Below, one piece after another: positions 1-7,959 of a stretch of 64,000 nucleotides of DNA; position 1 is the stretch's first letter, and every line of letters starts with the position of its first letter. Below the pieces are notes generated by a model. The model did no database searches. It was given only the letters and a program-made list of their open reading frames with translations, and was not told the origin of the DNA. The stretch spans positions 24,184-88,183 of the forward strand of contig JALCBR010000001.1 of assembly GCA_028066245.1 (NCBI GenBank), given 5' to 3'. The position numbers were made by a program, and so were the translations under genes. Source of the DNA: Pirellulales bacterium. Its GTDB lineage: Bacteria; Planctomycetota; Planctomycetia; Pirellulales; S012-138.

Positions 1-2
1 GC

Positions 3-1127
3 TATCTGGCCGCGGCGGTACCTGCGGGTGTCAACCGCGCACACGTGGTTTGCAAATATGGAACCTTCAGCCACGGAGAGGCGACATCCTTGCTGTACTA
101 CTATGCCGCCTATCAGCGTTGCGCTCTTTCCGATGGTGCTGTGTCATCAGAGAACGGCGACCAACAGCAGAAGGATAAAGAGAAGCTCAAATTCTGCGTC
201 GCGGCAGAACTTATTGACAGTGCTGTGCAACTGACGGTGCTTTGGCAAGGTCAGCCAGTGGGTGAAGCTGAGGTTGCGGTGACTGCGCCTGATGGAACTT
301 CGACAGTCACGGTCAGCAATGTCCACGGTCAAGTTGTCGTTCAAGATGTGCAGCAGGGCAGGTACCGTGTGCGGGCTCGGCACGTTATTGAACAAAGCGG
401 CACTGAGGATGGAGTTCCCTATGAGAATGAGTTGCACTACTCCACGCTGACGTTGGACGTTTCCAACGCTCCTGAATCGCTCATCGGCAAAGCCGAACAA
501 CCTGAGAATCTTTCGGCGGCGGCGCTGCTGGAAAGAGCCAGAGCCGCACGCGCCATTTGGAAAGAGTTCCCGGGCTTCGTTGCCGACGTGAAGATCCATG
601 AGGGCGGTCAGAGCCAGTCAGGGAAGATTCAGGTTGATGCAAGTGGTGCCGTAACGTTTGAGGGAATTGAATTTCCCGAGCATTCACGCGCGCAAGGAAC
701 GTTGCGGTCTCTTGTTTCGCACCGGATGGGTAACGGTTCCGCCAACGATGGCATTTCTTTTGCGGACACTGATCTGGATCATCCGAGTGGGCGTCTGCTG
801 AATCTGGACTACGACACGGCGATGGGAAGCAGCTACCGCGTAAAAGATGATGTCATTCGTGAGGTCAATCGCAACTCATCTGATGGCCACTTCACGATCA
901 CCGTGCTTGACGTTTATCGGAATCCCGAGGGCAAGTATCTGCCGGCCAACTACGTCATAAACACCTGGAATCCTGATGAGTCCCTTAAGAGCAGCACTGC
1001 GGTACAGGAGTCATGGGTGCGGGTTGGCCAGTTTGACCTGCCCGTGTCTCACTTTTCTGTTACCTCCAGCAAGGCGGAACACGCGGAATTGTCGATCGAA
1101 CTGCGAGAACATCGGCTGATCGATTAA
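3..1127 (+). CDS. hypothetical protein, 5'-partial (frame open to window edge)
   Basis: The frame of the 45..1127 ORF has no stop back to nt 3, so the gene probably starts upstream of the window. The segment VAVTAPDGTSTVTVSNVHGQVVVQDV..GRYRVRARH resembles an Ig-like/carboxypeptidase-regulatory-type beta-sandwich. I recognise no catalytic motif. Confidence 0.55.
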   Translation, partial: YLAAAVPAGVNRAHVVCKYGTFSHGEATSLLYYYAAYQRCALSDGAVSSENGDQQQKDKEKLKFCVAAELIDSAVQLTVLWQGQPVGEAEVAVTAPDGTSTVTVSNVHGQVVVQDVQQGRYRVRARHVIEQSGTEDGVPYENELHYSTLTLDVSNAPESLIGKAEQPENLSAAALLERARAARAIWKEFPGFVADVKIHEGGQSQSGKIQVDASGAVTFEGIEFPEHSRAQGTLRSLVSHRMGNGSANDGISFADTDLDHPSGRLLNLDYDTAMGSSYRVKDDVIREVNRNSSDGHFTITVLDVYRNPEGKYLPANYVINTWNPDESLKSSTAVQESWVRVGQFDLPVSHFSVTSSKAEHAELSIELREHRLID

Positions 1128-1139
1128 GGCACTCTCAAC

Positions 1140-1350
1140 TGACCTGCTCCCCGATTCTTGGTTCACCCAAGATGCGAAAATCACGTAAGTTGGTTTTTTG
1201 CCAAGGGAGTTTGGATCATGACCGCGACGCCCAGACCGGCGTATTTCTTCTTTCTCGCCAAGAAATATCCAACAAGCGTGAACCTTTCTTTGCCCTGAGC
1301 GTCCAATTCACCATCGGCCAGATGATGGCTGGTTTTTCGAGGCACGATCA
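1140..1350. mobile_element. IS3-family (IS407-like) debris: left inverted repeat plus leader (1140-1221) abutting an inverted, diverged orfA HTH fragment (about 1222-1350, minus sense)
   Basis: The 82 nt starting TGACCTGCTCCCC match 43469-43551 with one indel and one substitution. Positions 1222-1254 are the reverse complement of 43670-43702 (orfA codons ..KKKYAGLG..). No transposase catalytic ORF is present. Confidence 0.6.
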
Positions 1351-1541
1351 GTTGGGTTTGACGGTTAGCAGAACATGCAACTCACACGACACAGTACGAA
1401 GCGCGATTGGCTCGGTTCCGGCGAAGTCGCCGGCAGTCTGGCGAATGCGCTCGGGTTGTATCCGCTGCGCTTGTGACATTGGGTGAATTGCAGTTGTCTC
1501 CGCAAAACCCGGTGTCAAAGCGACGCTGGGTTTTTTCGTTT

Positions 1542-1614
1542 GGGATTGAGGTGTTAGCGGCAGCATCCCTGGTTCTTACCCAGGCGAGTGAGGGTTCAAG
1601 TCCCTCCGATCCCA
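1542..1614 (+). tRNA. tRNA-Lys (anticodon CTT), non-canonical D region, no encoded CCA
   Basis: Hand-folded cloverleaf. Acceptor stem is GGGATTG/CGATCCC (7 bp, one GU). Anticodon stem is CCTGG/CCAGG with loop TTCTTAC. T arm is GAGGG-TTCAAGT-CCCTC. The D stem is weak (2 WC + 2 GU). Position 8 is A and position 14 is T, instead of U8/A14. Confidence 0.6.
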
Positions 1615-1740
1615 CTTCCGCGGATTGTCCGGCGTAGCGCCAGCGGTTTGAACGAGCGTTCATTCGCGGCAGCGGTTCTCCGCAACGGAAAGCACTGGTT
1701 TTCCAGCGGCAAGATCCCGCCTTCGTAACGGACGCCAACT

Positions 1741-2487
1741 GTGGAGTGTCTGTTGGTCGATGTTCGCGAGCGCGAGCTGACGATTAAAGGCCAGGAGATT
1801 TTGACGTCCGACAAAGTTGCGGTCCGCGTAAGCATCCTCGTCCAGTTTTGTGTGACCGACCCCAAGGCGGCGATCCACACCGTTGAGAGTTTCGAAGATC
1901 GGCTTTATACGGATGTGCAACTCGCCGCACGACGGTCTCTGGCCTCCATGACGTTGGAAGAGATTCTCACGAACCGCAATCGCCTGAGTGAAGACATCCT
2001 GTCGGACGTCAAAGAGTCCGCCATGGCTTATGGTGTGACGATTCGCCGCGCTGATGTCAAAGATCTTATCTTTCCAGGCAACTTGCAGGAGATCATGAAT
2101 CGGGTGCTCGCCGCGGAGAGGAATAGTCAGGCTCAGTTGGTCGAAGCCCGGACACGAGCGGAGGTTGAGCAGATTGAAGCCGAGTCGCGAGCGGAAGTTA
2201 CCCGTCGCGAGGCAGATGCAGATGCTCAGGCCCGGCGCGTGCGAACCCAGGTTGCGACTGAAGCCGTGCAAGCTCAAGCTGCTGCTGAAGCACGTGCATA
2301 TGATGAGCGAGTCAAGGCAGCCAAGACCTTGGAAGAGCACCCGGCACTACTTCGGCTGGCCGAACTCGAAACACTGCGCGAGCTGGCAGAAAATGCTAAC
2401 GCACGATTGTACCTGGGGTTCGACCGTGAGGGGTTTGGATGTCACAGTGCAGAATTCCACAGAAATGACCTACCGCCGGGCGAATGA
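1741..2487 (+). CDS. SPFH/band-7 (slipin-like) domain protein, apparently lacking its normal N-terminus
   Basis: Band-7 core motifs are present: GQEILTSDKVAVRV.., DPKAAIH, VKDLIFPGNLQEIM and an Ala/Glu-rich coiled tail. The ORF opens at a GTG right after a stop. SPFH-like residues (AAVLRNGKHWF) lie upstream in a different frame. Confidence 0.7.
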   Translation: MECLLVDVRERELTIKGQEILTSDKVAVRVSILVQFCVTDPKAAIHTVESFEDRLYTDVQLAARRSLASMTLEEILTNRNRLSEDILSDVKESAMAYGVTIRRADVKDLIFPGNLQEIMNRVLAAERNSQAQLVEARTRAEVEQIEAESRAEVTRREADADAQARRVRTQVATEAVQAQAAAEARAYDERVKAAKTLEEHPALLRLAELETLRELAENANARLYLGFDREGFGCHSAEFHRNDLPPGE

Positions 2488-3027
2488 GCCCGTCCGGCAA
2501 GTTATCAATACCGGGAGCCGGTGAGTCACATCGCCGGCTTCCAACATACTTTGCGAGTGTGTATGGATGCACGACGGTCTTCGGAACCGTCAGACAGGGT
2601 TCGATTCCTGGCGAGGATGCTCAAGTTCACCTACGGCACCGGCAAGAAAGAACCCGCGACAAGTTCTATTGGCGACTGCGCGGAGTATGAATCTGTTCCA
2701 GTGATAGCAGCGTGCAGGGAAATGCGCGATCGCGCATGCTAGCTCTTCTAGCTTGACCATCGTCCCCGTCGTGCGCAATCGCTTTGCTCCCTTACCGCCC
2801 CTATCTGCCAGTCCCTCTCCACTCACCTCTGATAGCAGACCATCACCGATTTTCGCGAATCCGCAAAATGCGAAATCCATCCCCGGTGACTCTGGCAGCC
2901 GAATCGATCTTCACCGGTCAGGCAGATTCTGATACTTACGGCCACCTTGTTGAGTTTTGCCGGAATCGCCTGCGCAGACGGCGCGGCCACGGCTCAGATT
3001 CTCGACTCTCGTGTTGCGGAGCAGCCC

Positions 3028-5718
3028 ATGAACCGGGTGACTTGGATACGGATTGGCATTGTCACGGTCGTTGTCGGAATCGGGACTTTCGCTATTTGGA
3101 AAGCGATCGCTCCGGAGGAGACCAAACCCGCAGCCAGCAAAGGTGCGCGCAAAGCATCGCCAAAGTCTTCCACCGAAAAACCGGCAGGTTCTGGAGGCGC
3201 GAAATCCGCAGATACAGATCCATTTGAGGCAGCCAAGCAGCGCTTCAACTCCAGCTCCACGATTCCGGCATCCTATGTTGCCGCAGATGAAAACAACTAC
3301 GGTAGTGGCGACCGCTACTCCAGCACGCCCGGGACCGCAGCCCAACCCACAGGCAGCGACGGTCTGGGCTCTTTCGCCGGTGTCAACCTCCCATCAACTG
3401 GTGATCGCTACGCAGCCAACAACAGTTACACAGCAACGCAACCTGCCAGCGGCGACCGCTACGGTTCGCTAAGTGGGTCCACCACGGCAGGCGATACAGA
3501 GGCCCTACCGGGGCAATCATACACAGGCGACAGCTCGCGCTCTCAGGACCCCTCGACGACCACTTCCGGCAACCCGTTGCGCGGGACAAATGGAACTTCC
3601 AGCGATACAGGGGGTACACGCCCAGATCCCTTTGCCAATGTTGGTGGAGATCGATATGGATCGTCCTCGCGCTCAACAGACTTTTACGGAAGTGACGCCA
3701 CCAGCACCGCAGGCGACACAGGCTCGTCCCAAGCTGGTAGTACAAACCAAGCACATGACCCTTTTGGGAGTTCGCGACGTGAGCCGGCCCACTTTGGTGT
3801 TGGGAGTGACGTGAATGCGGAAGTAACGCCAGGGACTCTAAGCAGCACAAGCGCCGCAACTGACTCAGCTCAGCAAGACGAATTCAACCGCTATGGAATG
3901 GGTGGCACGGGCGCCGCAGGTTCGCAGTATCGCGATACGCCTTTGCCAGGCGAAGGAGCTGGAAGCTCCCTAGCTGGTGATACCGGCCTGGCGACCAGCG
4001 GAACTCCCGGTTCGCAAGGTCAATTCCCGTCTCAACAGGGCGATGGCAACGCCAACCATCAGAGTCACAATTTGCTCGATGGACCTTCACGTCGCAGTGA
4101 CGCAGGCGGTTATGATCCACGACAACAACCTGGGCCAGAGTACTATGGTGGCTCAGCCGCCGGTGCTGGCCAAGTGGGGACGACTGAGACAACGCGCGGT
4201 GTCTCAACGAAATCGAGCTTTGACCCCTTTGCTGAAGGTGCGACCGCCGGCGGCTATCAGTCCGGTGGATATGCCAACGCACAAAACGGATACTCCACGT
4301 CAGGCTACGTTGACGATGGAATCGGAGAGCCTGGCGATGAGATGCTGGAAGGACCGCAGAGCCCTCAAGTGATCATTCAAAAACTTGCGCCAGCCGAGAT
4401 CCAGGTCGGCAAGGCAGCCATCTTTGAAATCGTTGTCCGCAATGACGGGGACAACGTCGCTCATGACGTTGAGGTTCATGATCAGATCCCGCGCGGCACG
4501 CAACTCTTGCGGACATCTCCCGTCGCGCAGGAAACGGGCCGGGGATCCTTGGTTTGGCAACTTGGCAACATCCCGCCTCGCGAGGAACGGGTCGTCAAAG
4601 TGGAGTTGATGCCAGTTGCCGAGGGAGAAATTGGCTCAGTCGCCACCGTGCATGTGGCGGCTGCGGCTTCCGTGCGCACCATCGCGACTCGTCCCGACCT
4701 GCGGCTGGAAGTTAGTGCGCCCTCGACAGTGATGATCGGAGAGGATGTCACCTTGAAGATCAAAGTTCGCAATCCCGGGACGGGCATGGCCGAAGGGATC
4801 ATCATTACAGAACGCGTTCCGCAAGAGTTACGGCACGAAGCCGGCGACCTGCTCGAATATGAGGTCGGACAGCTCGAGCCGGGCGGCACCCGTGAGCTAG
4901 AGCTAACTCTCACCGCCGCCAAGGCAGGAAAGTTCATCAATAGCTTGCAAGCGTCTGGGGAAGCCGGGCTTCAGGCTGTGGATGAGTCACGCATTGAGGT
5001 TATTGCGCCAGCGTTGCAAGTGGACATGCAGGGTCCAACCAAGAGATACCTCGAGCGTCCTGCCACGTACACAATCTCCATCGCCAACCCAGGCACCGCC
5101 GCGGCGAAGGATGTTGAGTTGGTCGCTTATGTTCCTCAGGGAATGGAGTTTATCGAAGCGGACAGCTACGGCGAGTACGATCAGACGAGCCGTGTCGTTC
5201 GTTGGTCTTTGGAAGAACTTCCCGCCGCCCAGGAAGGCGCCGTGAACCTCAAGTTGTTGCCGACGGAAGCCGGTGAGCACCGCCTGACGACTGAAGCCAG
5301 CGCGCAAAAGGATCTCTTCGATCGTTCCGAACGGGCACTCAGCGTAGAAGGCGTGGCCGCGATCCTGTTTGAGGTTGTCGATGTCAACGATCCGATCGAG
5401 GTTGGTGCGGAGACAACTTATGAGATCCGCATTCTCAATCAGGGCTCGAAAGTTGCCACCAACATTCAATTGGAGGCGGTCATGCCACCGCAGATGAGCC
5501 CTGTCGATGGCGAAGGCCCCACCCGCGCGTTCGTGGAAGGGAATCGAGTCATGTTTGAGCCGCTGGCCAAGCTGGCGCCAAGGGCGGACACCAAATACCG
5601 CATCAAAGCGAAAGGTCTGCAAGCCGGCGACCTTCGTCTGACCGTCCGGCTGTTGGCCAATGAAATGACAGCGCCAGTGATCAAGGAAGAGAGCACGCGG
5701 GTCTACGCTGACCAGTAA
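3028..5718 (+). CDS. membrane-anchored surface protein: N-terminal TM helix, about 430-aa Ser/Gly/Thr/Asp-rich disordered region, then C-terminal DUF11-type repeats
   Basis: ATG at 3028 precedes the TM segment IRIGIVTVVVGIGTFAIW. At least four repeats follow the DUF11 pattern (IFEIVVRNDGDNVAHDVEV.., TLKIKVRNPGTGMAEG.., TYTISIANPGTAAAKDVEL.., TYEIRILNQGSKVATNIQL..). Confidence 0.8.
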   Translation: MNRVTWIRIGIVTVVVGIGTFAIWKAIAPEETKPAASKGARKASPKSSTEKPAGSGGAKSADTDPFEAAKQRFNSSSTIPASYVAADENNYGSGDRYSSTPGTAAQPTGSDGLGSFAGVNLPSTGDRYAANNSYTATQPASGDRYGSLSGSTTAGDTEALPGQSYTGDSSRSQDPSTTTSGNPLRGTNGTSSDTGGTRPDPFANVGGDRYGSSSRSTDFYGSDATSTAGDTGSSQAGSTNQAHDPFGSSRREPAHFGVGSDVNAEVTPGTLSSTSAATDSAQQDEFNRYGMGGTGAAGSQYRDTPLPGEGAGSSLAGDTGLATSGTPGSQGQFPSQQGDGNANHQSHNLLDGPSRRSDAGGYDPRQQPGPEYYGGSAAGAGQVGTTETTRGVSTKSSFDPFAEGATAGGYQSGGYANAQNGYSTSGYVDDGIGEPGDEMLEGPQSPQVIIQKLAPAEIQVGKAAIFEIVVRNDGDNVAHDVEVHDQIPRGTQLLRTSPVAQETGRGSLVWQLGNIPPREERVVKVELMPVAEGEIGSVATVHVAAAASVRTIATRPDLRLEVSAPSTVMIGEDVTLKIKVRNPGTGMAEGIIITERVPQELRHEAGDLLEYEVGQLEPGGTRELELTLTAAKAGKFINSLQASGEAGLQAVDESRIEVIAPALQVDMQGPTKRYLERPATYTISIANPGTAAAKDVELVAYVPQGMEFIEADSYGEYDQTSRVVRWSLEELPAAQEGAVNLKLLPTEAGEHRLTTEASAQKDLFDRSERALSVEGVAAILFEVVDVNDPIEVGAETTYEIRILNQGSKVATNIQLEAVMPPQMSPVDGEGPTRAFVEGNRVMFEPLAKLAPRADTKYRIKAKGLQAGDLRLTVRLLANEMTAPVIKEESTRVYADQ

Positions 5719-5968
5719 CCTGTGCGGAGGCCATTCAGTCAATTCTCGTTTTGCATGCGCATCACATGGCGCTGTGTCTTCGCGCCAGGCATAACCTTCC
5801 TTAGAAAACGAGCGAGCCGGTCGATCGGCACAATTGGCTCCTGGCGGCAAATGTGCAGTCGCCTAGCTGGTGGGTTCGATTCTTACTTATGCGCAACTTC
5901 CGATGCGCTGTCCTCCCGGTCTGCGTCGCGCCTTTCCGCGGCGATCCTCCTGCGACTGCGGAAGTGAA

Positions 5969-6259
5969 ATGATGTTTAACCGCAATCACATCTTCATGAT
6001 TGGGGCCTTGCTGCTGTTCCTCGGCATCCAATTCCGCATGGTGGAATCGGTTGTGCTCAATGAGAAAACCACGCAATTCTTGGCCCAAAAGTTTGGCGAC
6101 CCGGCCCAAAAGACGGCCGTGAGCATGCCGACTTTCTTCGGTGGCTCCTCCCAAGCGCAAAAGGTGATTGAGCCACCCAATTGGGTTGGCTGGATCATGC
6201 TTTCCGCTGGCGTTGTGCTTGTGCTGCACAGCTTGGCGATGCCCAAGCCTGGCACGTAA
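5969..6259 (+). CDS. small membrane protein (2 predicted TM helices), hypothetical
   Basis: ATG ATG at 5969 follows the DUF11 gene on the same strand. Hydrophobic segments are IFMIGALLLFLGIQF and WVGWIMLSAGVVLVLH. Confidence 0.5.
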   Translation: MMFNRNHIFMIGALLLFLGIQFRMVESVVLNEKTTQFLAQKFGDPAQKTAVSMPTFFGGSSQAQKVIEPPNWVGWIMLSAGVVLVLHSLAMPKPGT

Positions 6260-6429
6260 TCTTTTCCGTTGGAAACATGCGGCCAAGTCGTCGCATGCCG
6301 GGCCGTGCTTCACGGCTGCTTTCGGATGACGTTTCTAAAAAAACCTCGGAATCTGGTCACAACTGTGGCTTGTTGCGCGTCTATTCTGTCAGGTAATGCG
6401 GGGCCAACTGGAACCTGACCGATCCTTTA

Positions 6430-7632
6430 TTGCGTGTGACCGATCAATTGACGGAAGCAGATCCGCGGAATGCTGTCGTCGCTGATCTCGGAGACCGTGC
6501 TTTGTTGACGGACTTTTGCGAGTCCGGCAATGAAGCGGCGTTTCGCGCGATCGTGGCTCGTCACGCGCCGATGGTGTCCTCCGTTTGCACGGCGGTACTG
6601 GGGAATCGCGCTGATGCGGAAGATGCTTTTCAAGCGGCGTTTTTTGTGCTTGCCCGGAAGGCCTCCAAGATCAGCAGAAAGGAAAGCCTCGTCGGTTGGT
6701 TGCATCGCGTGGCGTTGCGATGTGCTTTGACAGCGCGGCGTCGCCGGAAGAAGCAAGTAACCGTCGAGCTACCGCCGCCGGACATCTTTGGCGATGGCGA
6801 GCTGGAGAAGATCTCATCGCGAGCGATGATCCAGGCGCTGCACGAAGAGCTCGATCGTTTGCCGCACGGGTATCGGATTCCGTTGATTTTGTACTACCTA
6901 CAAGGGGAAGATTACGGCGCAATTTCGCAACGCATGAAGTTAAGCGAAGCCGCAACGCGAAAGCGCGTGCAGCGTGGCCGCGAGATGTTGCGCCGCCGGA
7001 TGGGGATGCTCGGTTTCGCGGGGTTGGCTGTGGCTGGCCTTTGCAAACTAGCGGTCGCAACCGGTTCTCGTTCCGTTTCTACGATCCTTCTGCAATCAAC
7101 TGTTTCCATCGCCACGCAGGTCAGAGCCGCCTGGTCCCAGGGGCTGATGGCGGTCACTGGCCAGAAAACTTCGTTGGCGCTTGCTCAAGGAGTGCTCAAG
7201 ACCATGATGATCTCGACCCTCACCAAGACGACATTGGCTATCTTTAGTGGCACGCTGGCCGGCTTGATCGCCATGACCAGCATAGCCATTGCTCAAGAGG
7301 CTACGGCGGATTCCTCGCCAGACCCCACCATCATCACGGCGGACCTCGCCGTCGCTGATGAGACACAACCGACTGGAGAGATCGCGGCCAGCGTTTCGAC
7401 CCAACAAGCCGCCAGCGGTGATCTCAAGATTAACTGGCTGTCCGATTGGATGGAGTTTGCTCCGGTCAACAGCGAGCAAACACAGTCTGGCGAGCTCAGT
7501 TGGAATAATGAGCTGCACTTCAAGGGGCGGAACGCCCAACAGTGGAATGAGCAGGTCCATGGCTGGGTGGAGATGGCCCCCCAACCAAAACAAAGGCACT
7601 TGGATGCCGCAAACACCCTGGAGCAAACTTGA
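6430..7632 (+). CDS. ECF-type RNA polymerase sigma factor with a TM segment and long C-terminal extension
   Basis: Sigma-70 region 2 (AFRAIVARHAPMV..DAEDAFQAAFFVLARKA..WLHRVA) and region 4 (LPHGYRIPLILYYLQGEDYGAISQRMKLSEAATRKRVQRGREML) are present, followed by hydrophobic helices. Start is TTG 6430 or GTG 6436. Confidence 0.8.
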   Translation: MRVTDQLTEADPRNAVVADLGDRALLTDFCESGNEAAFRAIVARHAPMVSSVCTAVLGNRADAEDAFQAAFFVLARKASKISRKESLVGWLHRVALRCALTARRRRKKQVTVELPPPDIFGDGELEKISSRAMIQALHEELDRLPHGYRIPLILYYLQGEDYGAISQRMKLSEAATRKRVQRGREMLRRRMGMLGFAGLAVAGLCKLAVATGSRSVSTILLQSTVSIATQVRAAWSQGLMAVTGQKTSLALAQGVLKTMMISTLTKTTLAIFSGTLAGLIAMTSIAIAQEATADSSPDPTIITADLAVADETQPTGEIAASVSTQQAASGDLKINWLSDWMEFAPVNSEQTQSGELSWNNELHFKGRNAQQWNEQVHGWVEMAPQPKQRHLDAANTLEQT

Positions 7633-7822
7633 GGTGCGTTGGCCCGGAATTTCTGAAGAGTGGACTGCGCGGCAACAATCAGCGAGTGAGGTCAGTGCCG
7701 CCAAAAAACGCCTGCGCCAGCAGATTGACTCGCTGCAGGCACAACTCCGCTTGTACGAACAAATCGAACGCCTGCAAAAGGAGAACGCGGCTCTGCGCAA
7801 GGCAATGGAAAGCAAGAAGTAA
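7604..7822 (+). CDS. possible 72-aa coiled-coil micro-protein, or the +1-frame continuation of the sigma factor
   Basis: ATG at 7604 in the +1 frame overlaps the last 29 nt of the sigma ORF. The sequence is heptad-like (AAKKRLRQQIDSLQAQLRLYEQIERLQKENAALRKAMESKK). The strong hairpin at 7884-7926 lies after this ORF, not after 7632. Confidence 0.3.
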   Translation: MPQTPWSKLEVRWPGISEEWTARQQSASEVSAAKKRLRQQIDSLQAQLRLYEQIERLQKENAALRKAMESKK

Positions 7823-7883
7823 GCCAATTCGCAGTTCGTGTCGGTGTCGCCGCAGGCTCGGCCACTAACCGCCGAGAGTAAAC

Positions 7884-7926
7884 AAGTAACGAGACAGTGG
7901 CCAATTGGCTCGCTGTCTCGTTACTT
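7884..7926. terminator. bidirectional stem-loop between convergent genes
   Basis: A perfect 14-bp inverted repeat, AAGTAACGAGACAG / CTGTCTCGTTACTT, has a 15-nt loop and a T-rich tail on the + strand. It lies between the gene ends at 7822 (+) and 7960 (-). Confidence 0.6.
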
Positions 7927-7959
7927 TATGTCGCTTTGGGACTGTGTTTCTCCAGCGAT

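Noticed and set aside
1660-2340. A 226-aa minus-strand ORF. Similar shadow ORFs occur at 7096..7827, 17692..18318, 22622..23176, 15686..16429 and 48289..48819.
   Set aside because: Each overlaps, on the opposite strand or in another frame, a gene with recognisable family motifs. None has motifs or an RBS of its own.
4987-5850. A 287-aa minus-strand ORF.
   Set aside because: It is antisense to the DUF11-repeat gene, with no independent support.
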